Below, in pieces: positions 1-8,984 of a stretch of 38,023 nt of DNA. The stretch covers positions 1-38,023 of the forward strand of contig JAITTF010000205.1 in assembly GCA_031287215.1 (NCBI GenBank). Direction: 5' to 3'. Origin of the DNA: Bacteroidales bacterium. GTDB taxonomy: Bacteria > Bacteroidota > Bacteroidia > Bacteroidales > WCHB1-69. The position numbers and the translations under genes were made by a program. Under the pieces are notes generated by a model. It did not search any database. It saw nothing but the letters and a program-made list of their open reading frames with translations, and was not told where the DNA came from. Each line of letters opens with the position of its first letter. The first letter of the stretch is position 1.

Positions 1-1
1 T

Positions 2-718
2 TTTGAAAAGTTTTTTATTGCTAAACAGATTAAAGGTTCCTTTGGCAAGTTGGTCATCGTAAAAAATGGTATTTACCTCATCGTAGAGCATACCGAAGCG
101 ATGCACGTCATAGACGTCAATAGCGGCAAAAGAATAGCCCGCAAAACCGACTCTCAAGAAGATAGTGCTATGGAAGCCAACATGATAGCCGCAGAAGAAA
201 TTGCTCGACAAATTCGCCTTCGCGATATGGGTGGCATTATTTCTATAGATTTTATTGACTTAGATAAGAAATCTAATCAGAAAAAACTATTTACTACTTT
301 TTCGGACTATATGCGTAGTGATAAGTCGAGGCACACTATTCTGCCATTGAATCAATTTGGTATTATGCAAGTTACGCGTCACCGTGTTCGTAAAGAAACC
401 AATATTGATACCTCTGAAATGTGCCCTGCATGTCAAGGATCGGGCAAAATAAAACCCAGTATCATGATTGTAGATGAAATTGAAAACACTATAGACTTCC
501 TCATCAACAAACAGTTAGAAAAAAACATCTCCATCGTAGTACATCCATTTTTATATAGTTATTTAACTCAAAATTTTAAAATCTATCGACTAAAATGGAT
601 TATTAAGTACAAACAATGGATTAAAATCACCCCAAACGAAAGTTTTTATCTAACACAATACCAATTCTATAACAAAGCAAAAGAAGAGATCATGCTTTGG
701 GGTGAAATGCCGGTATAA
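2..718 (+). CDS. Ribonuclease E/G (Rne/Rng family), 3' part; gene begins left of the window
   Basis: Frame is open from position 2 (FEKFFIAKQIKGSFGK...). Motifs EHTEAMHVIDVNSG, IARQIRLRDMGGIISIDFID and Zn-link CPACQGSG. Confidence 0.95.
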   Translation, partial: FEKFFIAKQIKGSFGKLVIVKNGIYLIVEHTEAMHVIDVNSGKRIARKTDSQEDSAMEANMIAAEEIARQIRLRDMGGIISIDFIDLDKKSNQKKLFTTFSDYMRSDKSRHTILPLNQFGIMQVTRHRVRKETNIDTSEMCPACQGSGKIKPSIMIVDEIENTIDFLINKQLEKNISIVVHPFLYSYLTQNFKIYRLKWIIKYKQWIKITPNESFYLTQYQFYNKAKEEIMLWGEMPV

Positions 719-1140
719 TTTTTTAAAATTTTCCTCCCTTTCCGCTGTTGCCTTTACCTCCTCCTTGATTTCGATTTTTGTAGGCAACGATTAACTATGG
801 AATTTGCGCATGGCTCCAAGAGCACAAAATAATGGATAGTAAAAAGAATTTTAGTGTTCTTTGTCATGTTTTTTTTTGATTGCAATTATACATGAAAAAA
901 AATAATTATTCAAAATAAAATAGAAAAATAGTTTTTTATCAAATTATATTAAGAAGAGGTGTTTGTTATAATAAAAAAACACCATAACAGTCTTTAGTTG
1001 TATTTTTATTTTGTATTTTTGTGGGTGCAAGATGAGCAACACCAAAAAATGAATGATTACTACGTAAATAAAGCATTAAACCGTTTAATCCCTATTGCCG
1101 AAGAGTTAACAAAAATGAAAATTCCGGATTTAGGAAAAGT

Positions 1141-1376
1141 GGCTACCGGATTTTGGTATAAAAAAACCGGAGTCATGGCAATGAATATTTGCCCGCAAAA
1201 TGCCATTCAAACCAATATGTTTGATACTCTCAACCGCAAAAAAGATCAACGTATTATGGGAAGTATTAGAAGACGCAGTCAATGACAAATACGGGCGTAA
1301 TGCCTGAAAAATCAAACAAGAACGTCTCTCTCCGTGTTATACCACTTGATTTATTGATTTCCCTAAAACTACTTAA
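1141..1376 (+). pseudogene. Remnant of a UmuC/DinB Y-family polymerase C-terminus (DUF4113-like tail)
   Basis: YKKTGVMAMNICPQNAIQTNMFDTLNRKKDQRIM, then a frameshift at ~1260 to EVLEDAVNDKYGRNA*KIKQERLSPCYTT*FIDFPKTT*. This resembles the UmuC tail pattern YKKAGV...Q..LFD...M..D..N.KYG...WK.KQE.LSP.YTT. TGA stops at 1305 and 1347. Confidence 0.8.
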
Positions 1377-1398
1377 AACAATTTAAAACTATTATATT

Positions 1399-1974
1399 AT
1401 GAAAAAAATATTGCTAATTTTGATGATGTTGTCCTTAACCGTGCCGGCACTTTATGCTCAAACTAATCCGGATGATGTACCTTTGCCGAAGAGTTTACAA
1501 ACCAAACAAAGTATCAAAAATAATAATTTTGAAAATAAAAAGGTCAAATTCACCGCCGGAGGCAATTTTGGTCTTGTTTTTAGAGATTATGTGGGCATTT
1601 CGTTAGCTCCGCTTTTTGGTGTGTATCCTGGCGTAAACTGGATAGTTGTAGGCGTTGAAGGAGACCTAAGATATACCTATTACTATTCTGATAAAACTTC
1701 TTATTTTGACTTCGGAGTGAGTGCTTTCGTAAGAGGACTAATTTGGAAACAACGTCTTATTGTCCATTTTAGCTACGATTATTTAAGTATAGATTTAGGG
1801 AAAAATCTACCCCGCATCAATGCTCAAGCCCTATATATTGGACCGGGTTACAACCAGAAAGTAGATCGACTGAACATATTTATCGTATTGAAAATCAGAA
1901 TAGCAAGCACTTATAAAGAGTACAATGCATTCCCCATTTGGTATCCTTCGATAGGGATTTCGTATGATTTTTAA
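1399..1974 (+). CDS. Exported hypothetical protein, probable outer-membrane beta-barrel
   Basis: Sec signal ending LYA-Q, alternating aromatic/hydrophobic beta strands, C-terminal GISYDF (terminal Phe). Confidence 0.75.
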   Translation: MKKILLILMMLSLTVPALYAQTNPDDVPLPKSLQTKQSIKNNNFENKKVKFTAGGNFGLVFRDYVGISLAPLFGVYPGVNWIVVGVEGDLRYTYYYSDKTSYFDFGVSAFVRGLIWKQRLIVHFSYDYLSIDLGKNLPRINAQALYIGPGYNQKVDRLNIFIVLKIRIASTYKEYNAFPIWYPSIGISYDF

Positions 1975-2110
1975 AAATAAAACTCTTCGAGGTGTAAAAG
2001 GCAGTGATAAGGGTTTGTTTAATCCCTAACTCCCCTCAATTTTACGTAATAGGAAATAATTTTGAGTTTTTCGAGGAGGGTTTCTGTTGCTTTGGTCATT
2101 TCAGCTTGAC

Positions 2111-2247
2111 ATCAAAAATCAAGTTGCCAATCAGCAACGAAACAATGACCAAACGATGTTGCTAACCCCAAAACACAAATCCATCGCCAAACTTTTTGAC
2201 GAAAATTTTTGGAAATCCATTTAGGAGGCCACCTAGTCAAAGTCAGG
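2111..2247 (+). mobile_element. Decayed IS1634-like transposase C-terminal fragment with probable right end
   Basis: With two 1-nt frameshifts it reads IKIKLPISNETMTKTMLLTPKHKSIAKLFDENFWKSI* (stop 2222-2224), like C-termini I recall for Bacteroidales IS1634 transposases. Followed by GTCAAAGTCAGG (2236-2247), a plausible terminal repeat. Family assignment is from memory. Confidence 0.55.
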
Positions 2248-2375
2248 AGGACTAAATTGCCTCTTAAATAAGAGTTTAAAAAGTGCTAAACCTCATTTTT
2301 ACCTAATTTAAACCATAAAATAACCTCCGTAGCCCAAAAATGGATCAACCCCGGTAACTTCATTATTTTATGTAC

Positions 2376-2409
2376 AAAAAAAAAGCCCCTTTTGTGACAG
2401 AGCTTTTTT
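2376..2409. terminator. Imperfect intrinsic terminator, possibly bidirectional, downstream of the small lipoprotein gene
   Basis: AAAAAAAAAGCCCCT-TTTGTGAC-AGAGCTTTTTT: stem flanked by A and T runs, about 22 nt after the stop of 2432-2662(-). Confidence 0.55.
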
Positions 2410-2431
2410 GGTGAACAATAATAATTGAAGA

Positions 2432-2662
2432 TTATTTACATTCAAAAACAGTGCGTTGCAAACCAATCGTAATGTCTGCATTCAAATCTGAACATTTTTT
2501 TGCTTCACTACTAAAAGTGTTAGTAGTAACTGTTGGCATTGAAGAATCATCCGAATCCTCAGGGTAAGTTGTGGTTATCGTTTGAGTGCACTTACAAGTT
2601 TTTTTGCAACTTACAAATCCAAAAAAGAGTGCTACGACTAAAATAAATAATAATTTTTTCAT
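2432..2662 (-). CDS. Small Cys-containing lipoprotein
   Basis: MKK + hydrophobic stretch + lipobox FVSC, then KKTCKC and two later Cys. Has its own TATTTTTGCA promoter box at 2689-2698(-). Confidence 0.85.
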   Translation of the reverse strand: MKKLLFILVVALFFGFVSCKKTCKCTQTITTTYPEDSDDSSMPTVTTNTFSSEAKKCSDLNADITIGLQRTVFECK

Positions 2663-2809
2663 TAGATAATATTTTGGTTAATTATTGCTGCAAAAATACA
2701 CAAATTATTTAACTAACAGGGCAAACGCTATAAAATTAACTTTTTTTTACTGTCATGTTTGCCCACGTTGTTGATGAGGGCTGATTAATTTAGACCGCGA
2801 AAACACAAA

Positions 2810-2890
2810 TAATTATTTGAATATCAATATATTATGCAAAATTTTTAACGATTTTAACTTAAATACAATACACTGATAATCAATATGTTA
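2810..2890. promoter_or_regulatory. Two copies of an imperfect palindrome (T/C)AA-N5-TGA-N3-TCA-N5-TTA
   Basis: TAATTATTTGAATATCAATATATTA (2810-2834) and CAATACACTGATAATCAATATGTTA (2866-2890), 56 bp apart in intergenic DNA. Function unknown. Confidence 0.4.
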
Positions 2891-3045
2891 ATTTTTAGAG
2901 GTGCACATATATATGACAAATAGTGCGAAAACAGAAGTAACGCTAATTAGTAAAATTTTATTTTTATTTTTGATTGCACAAAACAATCCCCAAATGGATA
3001 ATACAAAAAAAGAAAATCCAACAAAGGCGTTAAAATAGAAATTTT

Positions 3046-3402
3046 TTAGGACTTGCGGAACATGAGTACAAATGTCATGAAAGCCCTATTATACCACATC
3101 CCATAAGTATCGGATAAATGTATATTCCAAATAAAATACCAATAATAGGTTGCCATAAGAGGTCTAATACTTTCTATGGAAGCCTCTTGATGTACGCTAT
3201 GGATTTGAACAATAACGATATTGTTTGCAGGGTTTGGAAAAACGGATATGTCGTTTTCGATCGTTGTATCTTCGACAATTAAATCAACAGTTAATGCTTT
3301 ATCAATTTTCATAGCGATTTCAACTTCCTCAAACTCATTTTCCGAAACCTGTAGCATACTTTTATTATTAAATAATAAAATCTTGCTTCCCCATAATACC
3401 AC
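3046..3402 (-). pseudogene. Fragment of a T9SS type A sorting-domain protein
   Basis: Contains the CTD start ISVFPNPANNIVIVQI but has no signal peptide and none of the later CTD motifs (G.Y, terminal K.I). Confidence 0.55.
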
Positions 3403-3428
3403 TAACGGGACAAAATATTAGTTAAATA

Positions 3429-4364
3429 TTATTTTTGAGAACAGATATACACGCTTTTGTAACATGCAAAGAGAAAATTTACATGTTTGGTGGTAGTATA
3501 AAACTCTTCTATGTTAGCCCCAAAACCTTCATAAAAACGAGATAAATTCTCATCCATTGAACCATGAAAATCTAAAATTAAATCCTGATTTTCATGAGTT
3601 TTGATAAAATAATTCACGAGAAAAAACATGGCTCTTTTATAGGAAAAAATTTTGTCCCTCCCTGAAAAAAGAAAACGGATCCTTCTATGGTCTTTTGCAA
3701 ATAAGGCTCCTGCTAATAGATTTTTGTTGGCATTTTCTACAACTATAATCTCAAGTAACCCTTTTTTCTGCAATAATTGACCTGTTTTTTGCAGAATAGC
3801 ATAATCAATAGCAGAAAGTGTTACGTTTTTAGATTTTCCTCTATTATTTTGAAATAATGTAATAATATTGTCAATATCGACATGATGAGTAATTTTTAGG
3901 TCAAAATTGGCACTTTTTTTGATGTTTCTTTTACAATTTTCTGCAAAAGAGTGATAAATATGCTCGTAAGAATCAGATAAAGAGAGTAAAGAAGTTCTTT
4001 TTTTTTTTACAGTCAAAAAAAACTTGTCGAAATCGCAGGTTGGATTAAAGACTAAGTCTGCTTGTAGATACTTTTTTGGAATGGCATCAACAAACTCTTT
4101 GACAAGCTCTTTCGTAATTATTTTAGAAGAAAAAATGCCGTAAGGAGGAAAAAAATTGGGATGAAAAATATAAGAGAACACCCATTTTTTTCTTACCGGC
4201 AAAGGCATAACAAACTCATAATCGTCTTTTACAATGGCACACCACTGAGGAGATGCTATATCTAAAAAGTCCGTTTCAGCAAAAACAGTGGGATACGAAG
4301 CCTGTTGAATTGCCTGATTCCATCTATGCTGATCTATTTCGGAATGCTTTAAATAAAGAGCCAT
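3429..4364 (-). CDS. GNAT-fold (FemAB-like) acyltransferase
   Basis: Pattern F.ENCKRNIKK ... LILDFHGSMDENLSRFYEGFGA typical of Bacteroidota GNAT/FemAB-like proteins. Starts 6 nt after the ahpF stop. Confidence 0.75.
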   Translation of the reverse strand: MALYLKHSEIDQHRWNQAIQQASYPTVFAETDFLDIASPQWCAIVKDDYEFVMPLPVRKKWVFSYIFHPNFFPPYGIFSSKIITKELVKEFVDAIPKKYLQADLVFNPTCDFDKFFLTVKKKRTSLLSLSDSYEHIYHSFAENCKRNIKKSANFDLKITHHVDIDNIITLFQNNRGKSKNVTLSAIDYAILQKTGQLLQKKGLLEIIVVENANKNLLAGALFAKDHRRIRFLFSGRDKIFSYKRAMFFLVNYFIKTHENQDLILDFHGSMDENLSRFYEGFGANIEEFYTTTKHVNFLFACYKSVYICSQK

Positions 4365-4370
4365 GATGAT

Positions 4371-5918
4371 TTATTTTTGTGTTAATCGGTCTTCAAATGC
4401 CGCTAAAGCTGCTTTGGCACCTTCTCCCATAGAGATAATAATCTGTTTGTAGGGTACAGTAGTAACATCGCCGGCAGCGTAGATGCCCGCTTGGTTGGTA
4501 CGACAATGGTCATCCACTACAACTTCTCCAAAACGGTTTGTCTCTACAACCTCTTTCACAAGTTCGCTATTGGGAAGTAATCCTATTTGGATAAAAATAC
4601 CTTCTAAGTTTATCGTGGTCTCTTCATCGGTCGTGCGATTTTTCATTTTTACGGCAGTAACTTTGCCGCCAATTCCCACAATTTCTGTCGTTTGAGAAGA
4701 GAGAAAAATCTCTACATTAGGGAGATTTTTCACTTTTTCCTGTAAAACACTGTCTGCTTTAAGCGTATCTAAAAATTCGATGACCGTAACTTTGGAGCAG
4801 ATCCCTGCCAAGTCGATAGCCGCTTCTATCCCCGAATTGCCGCCACCCACTACTGCCACATGTTTATCCTTGTAGAAAGGACCATCACAATGGGGACAAA
4901 AAGCAACTCCTTTACCGATATAGTCTGCCTCACCTGGGATATTTAATCTTCTCCATTTGGCGCCCGTAGCAATGAGCAATTGAGGTGCAGTAAAAACCTC
5001 ATTAGTAGCTGTTTTTACGGTTTTAAAAGTCCCATTATTTTCTACTTTGACTACTTTTCTGTTTTCTAATAAATCAATAGGATAAGCAATAATATGTTTT
5101 TTTAATTGGTCGGCAAGAGAAGCACCTGTGATGTACGGTGTAGCAATAAAATTTTCAATTCCTTGTGTTTCATTTACTTGTCCTCCAGTCTTTTCGGATA
5201 AAACGGCTACTTTTAACCCTTTCCTTGCTAAATAAACGGCTGCCGAACTGCCGGCAGGACCACTACCAACAACGATGACATCATATTGTTTCTCCGTAAT
5301 TGCCGTTGTAACCTCCTCAATGTCAAACATCGCTACCAACTCTTCCAATAGCGTGCCAAAATCGGATTTCCCTACGTGCAGCAATTTCCCGTTGGCATAA
5401 ACCGTAGGTACTGCTTGAATTTTCAACTGCTCTGCCTCTTCGGAATAGATAGCACCATCCACCATTTCGTGGGTGATATTTGCATTGAGTAATGCCATGA
5501 GATTGAGCGACTGCACAATATCAGGGCAATTAGTACATGTAAGTGAGACATAAGTAGTTAGTTGTATTTTCCCTTTCAACGCCTTAACTCGATTACAGAT
5601 AGGCTCATCGGGAATATTTTTGCCCTTACCATCACTGTTAAGAAGTGCCATTAAAAGGGAGGTAAACTCATGACCATTAGGAATTGCTCTAAATTTAATG
5701 CCCGTATTTTTTCCCTCTTTTAAAATCGAAAATTCAAGATTTACACCCTCCTGAATTTGAATGGCTATTTTATCCGAAGTCTCTGCAACATCGGTCAGCA
5801 TTTCAATTAATTCTTCTCTATTTTCATGCTGAATTGGAGTGGTAATGTCCAAAATATAGTTGGATTCTAAGACGGCAAAAATGCCTTTTAGCTGTTCTTT
5901 TAATTGATGATCTAACAT
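4371..5918 (-). CDS. ahpF: Alkyl hydroperoxide reductase subunit F
   Basis: N-terminal domain with GHEFTSL and CTNC, FAD-binding GSGPAG, redox CPHCDGP, NADH motif GGGNSG. 515 aa. Confidence 0.97.
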   Translation of the reverse strand: MLDHQLKEQLKGIFAVLESNYILDITTPIQHENREELIEMLTDVAETSDKIAIQIQEGVNLEFSILKEGKNTGIKFRAIPNGHEFTSLLMALLNSDGKGKNIPDEPICNRVKALKGKIQLTTYVSLTCTNCPDIVQSLNLMALLNANITHEMVDGAIYSEEAEQLKIQAVPTVYANGKLLHVGKSDFGTLLEELVAMFDIEEVTTAITEKQYDVIVVGSGPAGSSAAVYLARKGLKVAVLSEKTGGQVNETQGIENFIATPYITGASLADQLKKHIIAYPIDLLENRKVVKVENNGTFKTVKTATNEVFTAPQLLIATGAKWRRLNIPGEADYIGKGVAFCPHCDGPFYKDKHVAVVGGGNSGIEAAIDLAGICSKVTVIEFLDTLKADSVLQEKVKNLPNVEIFLSSQTTEIVGIGGKVTAVKMKNRTTDEETTINLEGIFIQIGLLPNSELVKEVVETNRFGEVVVDDHCRTNQAGIYAAGDVTTVPYKQIIISMGEGAKAALAAFEDRLTQK

Positions 5919-5939
5919 AGTATTAATATTATTTTATGG

Positions 5940-6007
5940 TGCAAAAATAACACAATTTTTTATATAGAAAATTGAATAAATACTATGTGTTTATAAATAG
6001 TATCTAT
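5940..6007 (-). promoter_or_regulatory. ahpF promoter (-7 box) with upstream OxyR-like operator
   Basis: TATTTTTGCA on minus at 5940-5949. ATTG-N8-CTAT-N6-ATAA-N7-CTAT at 5971-6007 approximates the OxyR ATAG-N7-CTAT-N7-ATAG-N7-CTAT pattern. Confidence 0.45.
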
Positions 6008-6008
6008 A

Positions 6009-7088
6009 TTACTCTACACCCTCTTTCAGTCGTTCAGCATTTTCAGCAAGTTGCAACGCTTCAATCATTTCCAGAATATTACCATCCATATAAGAGGTCA
6101 GATTGTAGCTGGTCATATTGATACGGTGGTCAGTAATTCTGTTTTGAGGGTAGTTATAGGTACGGATTTTGGCTGATCGGTCCCCGGTAGAGACCATCGT
6201 TTTGCGTTTGGAAGAGATTTCATCCAAATATTTTTGGTATTCCAATTCAAAAATACGGTTACGAAGAATGGTCATCGCTTTATCCAAATTTTTGAGCTGT
6301 GATTTTTCATCTTGAATAGCAACAACAATACCGGTTGGGATGTGAGTTAAGCGTACTGCCGAGTAGGTTGTATTGACCGATTGACCGCCGGGACCGGAGG
6401 AGCAATAGGTATCTTTTCTAATATCACATGGCTTGAGTTCTACATCAAATTCATCGGCTTCCGGTAGCACCACAACAGAAGCGGCGGAGGTATGTACTCT
6501 ACCTTGAGACTCGGTTTGAGGAACTCTTTGCACTCTATGAACGCCGGATTCATATTTCATGAGTCCATAGACATTTTCCCCATAGATATTAAAGATAATT
6601 TCCTTAAAACCGCCAACGGTACCTTCTGTCATAGAGGCAACTTCACATTTCCAATTTTGTTTATCGCAAAAATGTTGGTACATTCTAAAGAGGTCTCCCG
6701 CAAAAATGCTGGCTTCATCGCCACCGGTACCGGCTCTGATTTCTACCTGCGCATTTTTACCATCTTGAGGATCTGAGGGTAAAAGCAACAACTTGATCTC
6801 TTCTTCTATTATTTCTTTATCTGCGTTAAAAACTTCGAGTTCAGCTTTAGCCATTTCGCGAAATTCTTCATCTTTTTCAGCAACTATAACCTCCTTAGTA
6901 TGAGTAATATTATCTAAAATATTCTTATATTTTTTGTATGCTTCTACTACACCCTGCAAATCTTTATAATCTTTGCTGAGTTTGATGTACCTTTTCATAT
7001 TTTTCATGGCATCCGGCTTGACAATATCTTCGCCAATCTCAAGCCATCGGTTATAAATAGCCTCTAATTTTCCTAATAAATCGTTCAT
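6009..7088 (-). CDS. prfA: Peptide chain release factor 1
   Basis: [20 protein letters not shown] (PxT anticodon motif of RF1), [20 protein letters not shown]. Confidence 0.98.
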   Translation of the reverse strand: MNDLLGKLEAIYNRWLEIGEDIVKPDAMKNMKRYIKLSKDYKDLQGVVEAYKKYKNILDNITHTKEVIVAEKDEEFREMAKAELEVFNADKEIIEEEIKLLLLPSDPQDGKNAQVEIRAGTGGDEASIFAGDLFRMYQHFCDKQNWKCEVASMTEGTVGGFKEIIFNIYGENVYGLMKYESGVHRVQRVPQTESQGRVHTSAASVVVLPEADEFDVELKPCDIRKDTYCSSGPGGQSVNTTYSAVRLTHIPTGIVVAIQDEKSQLKNLDKAMTILRNRIFELEYQKYLDEISSKRKTMVSTGDRSAKIRTYNYPQNRITDHRINMTSYNLTSYMDGNILEMIEALQLAENAERLKEGVE

Positions 7089-7096
7089 TTAATTTC

Positions 7097-8185
7097 TTAT
7101 CTTTTTGGGGGTGCAAAGATACGAGAAATATTTAAAACTTTAGAACCCGCCTGATAAGGGGTCATGGTTTTCTCTTTGATCAAGGGGATGACCTCTTCTA
7201 TCGTAGTTTTTACTTCGGGAATAGCATAAAAATATTGATCCAATTGATTATTAATCCATTCTTTAAAAATCGCTATCAATTGTTCATTTCTTTGTTGTAG
7301 AAAAAAACCATTTTGTTGAGTAAAGATAACAAAATCTTGAATGGTATCCCAAACGGTATCAATACCTGTATGTTCTCTGGCGGAGCAGGTATTTACAGCA
7401 ACTTCCCAACCGCTATCGGTAGGAGGAAATAGATGTAATGCTGACTTGTATTGTGCTTTTGCCCATGAGGCTTGCTTGATGTTGTTGCCATCAGCTTTAT
7501 TGATAACAATAGCATCTGCCATTTCCATAATACCTCTTTTAATGCCTTGTAACTCATCTCCGGCGCCGGCAAGCATGAGCAGTAAAAAGAAATCTACCAT
7601 GCTTTTAACAACGGTTTCCGACTGCCCTACCCCAACGGTTTCCACAATAATAACGTTAAATCCGGCAGCTTCACAAAGAATCATAGACTCTCTGGTTTTG
7701 CGGGCTACACCACCTAAATTATGTCCTGAGGGAGAAGGTCGTATAAAAGCATTAGGGTCAATAGACAACTCTTCCATGCGAGTTTTATCACCTAAGATGC
7801 TGCCTTTGGTACGTTCGCTACTGGGGTCAATGGCTAAAACTGCAATTTTATTGCCTTGTGAAGTAATGTATTTTCCAAGAGTTTCAATAAAAGTACTTTT
7901 CCCTACTCCCGGAACTCCGGTAATGCCTATTCTGAGTGAATTGCCCGAATAGGGAAGTATTTTCTCAATGACTCGTTGTGCCTTTTCAGCATGTTTGGAA
8001 TTATAACTCTCTATCAACGTAATAGCCCTGCTTAAAATGACACGATTGCCGTCTAAGATGCCTTTTACGTACTCCTCTACCGATAAATCCACAGTCGGTT
8101 TTTTCCTAAAATTAGGATTTACTTGTGAAGGCTGTTCTACCCCTTCTTGCACACTCAGAGCCGATTGGAATGGTTGATTCTTCAT
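7097..8185 (-). CDS. meaB: Methylmalonyl-CoA mutase-associated GTPase MeaB (ArgK family)
   Basis: LSRAITLIES, P-loop GVPGVGKST, AIDPSS, GDKTRM, ETVGVGQSE, GDELQGIKRG, NKAD. Confidence 0.95.
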   Translation of the reverse strand: MKNQPFQSALSVQEGVEQPSQVNPNFRKKPTVDLSVEEYVKGILDGNRVILSRAITLIESYNSKHAEKAQRVIEKILPYSGNSLRIGITGVPGVGKSTFIETLGKYITSQGNKIAVLAIDPSSERTKGSILGDKTRMEELSIDPNAFIRPSPSGHNLGGVARKTRESMILCEAAGFNVIIVETVGVGQSETVVKSMVDFFLLLMLAGAGDELQGIKRGIMEMADAIVINKADGNNIKQASWAKAQYKSALHLFPPTDSGWEVAVNTCSAREHTGIDTVWDTIQDFVIFTQQNGFFLQQRNEQLIAIFKEWINNQLDQYFYAIPEVKTTIEEVIPLIKEKTMTPYQAGSKVLNISRIFAPPKR

Positions 8186-8206
8186 GTTATATTATCTGAA
8201 TTTGAC

Positions 8207-8254
8207 CACAAAGATACAAGTTTTTTTTTACTATAATTTTTGTCTATCTTTGCA
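8207..8254. promoter_or_regulatory. Divergent Bacteroidota sigma-A -7 boxes for meaB and the NlpC/P60 gene
   Basis: TATCTTTGTG on minus (8207-8216) and TATCTTTGCA on plus (8245-8254) match the TAnnTTTG consensus. Confidence 0.7.
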
Positions 8255-8273
8255 ACTTCAAAAAACATAAAAT

Positions 8274-8981
8274 GTGAAAAAACAAATATTGTGCTTAATT
8301 ATTGTTCTGCAATTTGTTATTACTCTTTTTGGACAAGATAGTCTTAAAAACAATAACTGTGATAAAATTGATTCGATAGTTCAATTTGCATTATCAAAAG
8401 TTGGGTGCGAATATAAATATGGTTCGGCAGGTCCTGAACATTTTGATTGTTCCGGGTTGATGTATTATACTTTCAGTCATTTTGGTATGAAGTTGTTGAG
8501 AAGTTCTTCGGAACAATTTACTATGGGAAAAAAAGTTGATACAAAAGAGCTAAGAAAAGGAGATTTGGTTTTTTTCAATAGAGGAAAGGGAGTTGGACAT
8601 GTTGGCATCGTGTTTGACGTGGATAGTCTCTATAATTTTAGATTTGTTCATGCTACTACTACTCGTAGAGGGGTTTGTTTAGATCATTCCTATCAGATGG
8701 GTTATAAAACCACTTTTGTAGGAGCAAGAAGACTTCTTGAATGTGATGAAATAAGCAGAAATTTAATTTTAACAGACTTATCTGTAAGTGAAAAGAGAGA
8801 CAATGCTGACGATTCAGTTCTAAATAATACTCAACAAGAAAAATTCTATCACGTCAAAAAAGGAGATACTTTATATTCCATTTCAAAAAGATATAAGGTT
8901 ACTATTGAAAAACTTATGAAATGGAATCATTTAAAATCCAATCAATTACAGATCGGTCAACGCCTAAAGATTGTCCATTAA
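8274..8981 (+). CDS. NlpC/P60 (C40) peptidoglycan endopeptidase with C-terminal LysM
   Basis: Signal peptide, catalytic FDCSG, GDLVFF, GHVGI, FVHA, and LysM YHVKKGDTLYSISKRY...LQIGQRL. GTG start. Confidence 0.93.
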   Translation: MKKQILCLIIVLQFVITLFGQDSLKNNNCDKIDSIVQFALSKVGCEYKYGSAGPEHFDCSGLMYYTFSHFGMKLLRSSSEQFTMGKKVDTKELRKGDLVFFNRGKGVGHVGIVFDVDSLYNFRFVHATTTRRGVCLDHSYQMGYKTTFVGARRLLECDEISRNLILTDLSVSEKRDNADDSVLNNTQQEKFYHVKKGDTLYSISKRYKVTIEKLMKWNHLKSNQLQIGQRLKIVH

Positions 8982-8984
8982 TCG

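Noticed and set aside
1305-1349. TGA at a position where UmuC has Trp, suggesting TGA recoding
   Set aside because: TGA ends normal-length genes here (purN at 17988, aldolase at 13017), intact genes have no internal TGA, and the fragment is also frameshifted.
2761-2781. GCCC-N13-GGGC hairpin upstream of the lipoprotein gene
   Set aside because: Only a short stem, with no U tract or recognisable riboswitch consensus.
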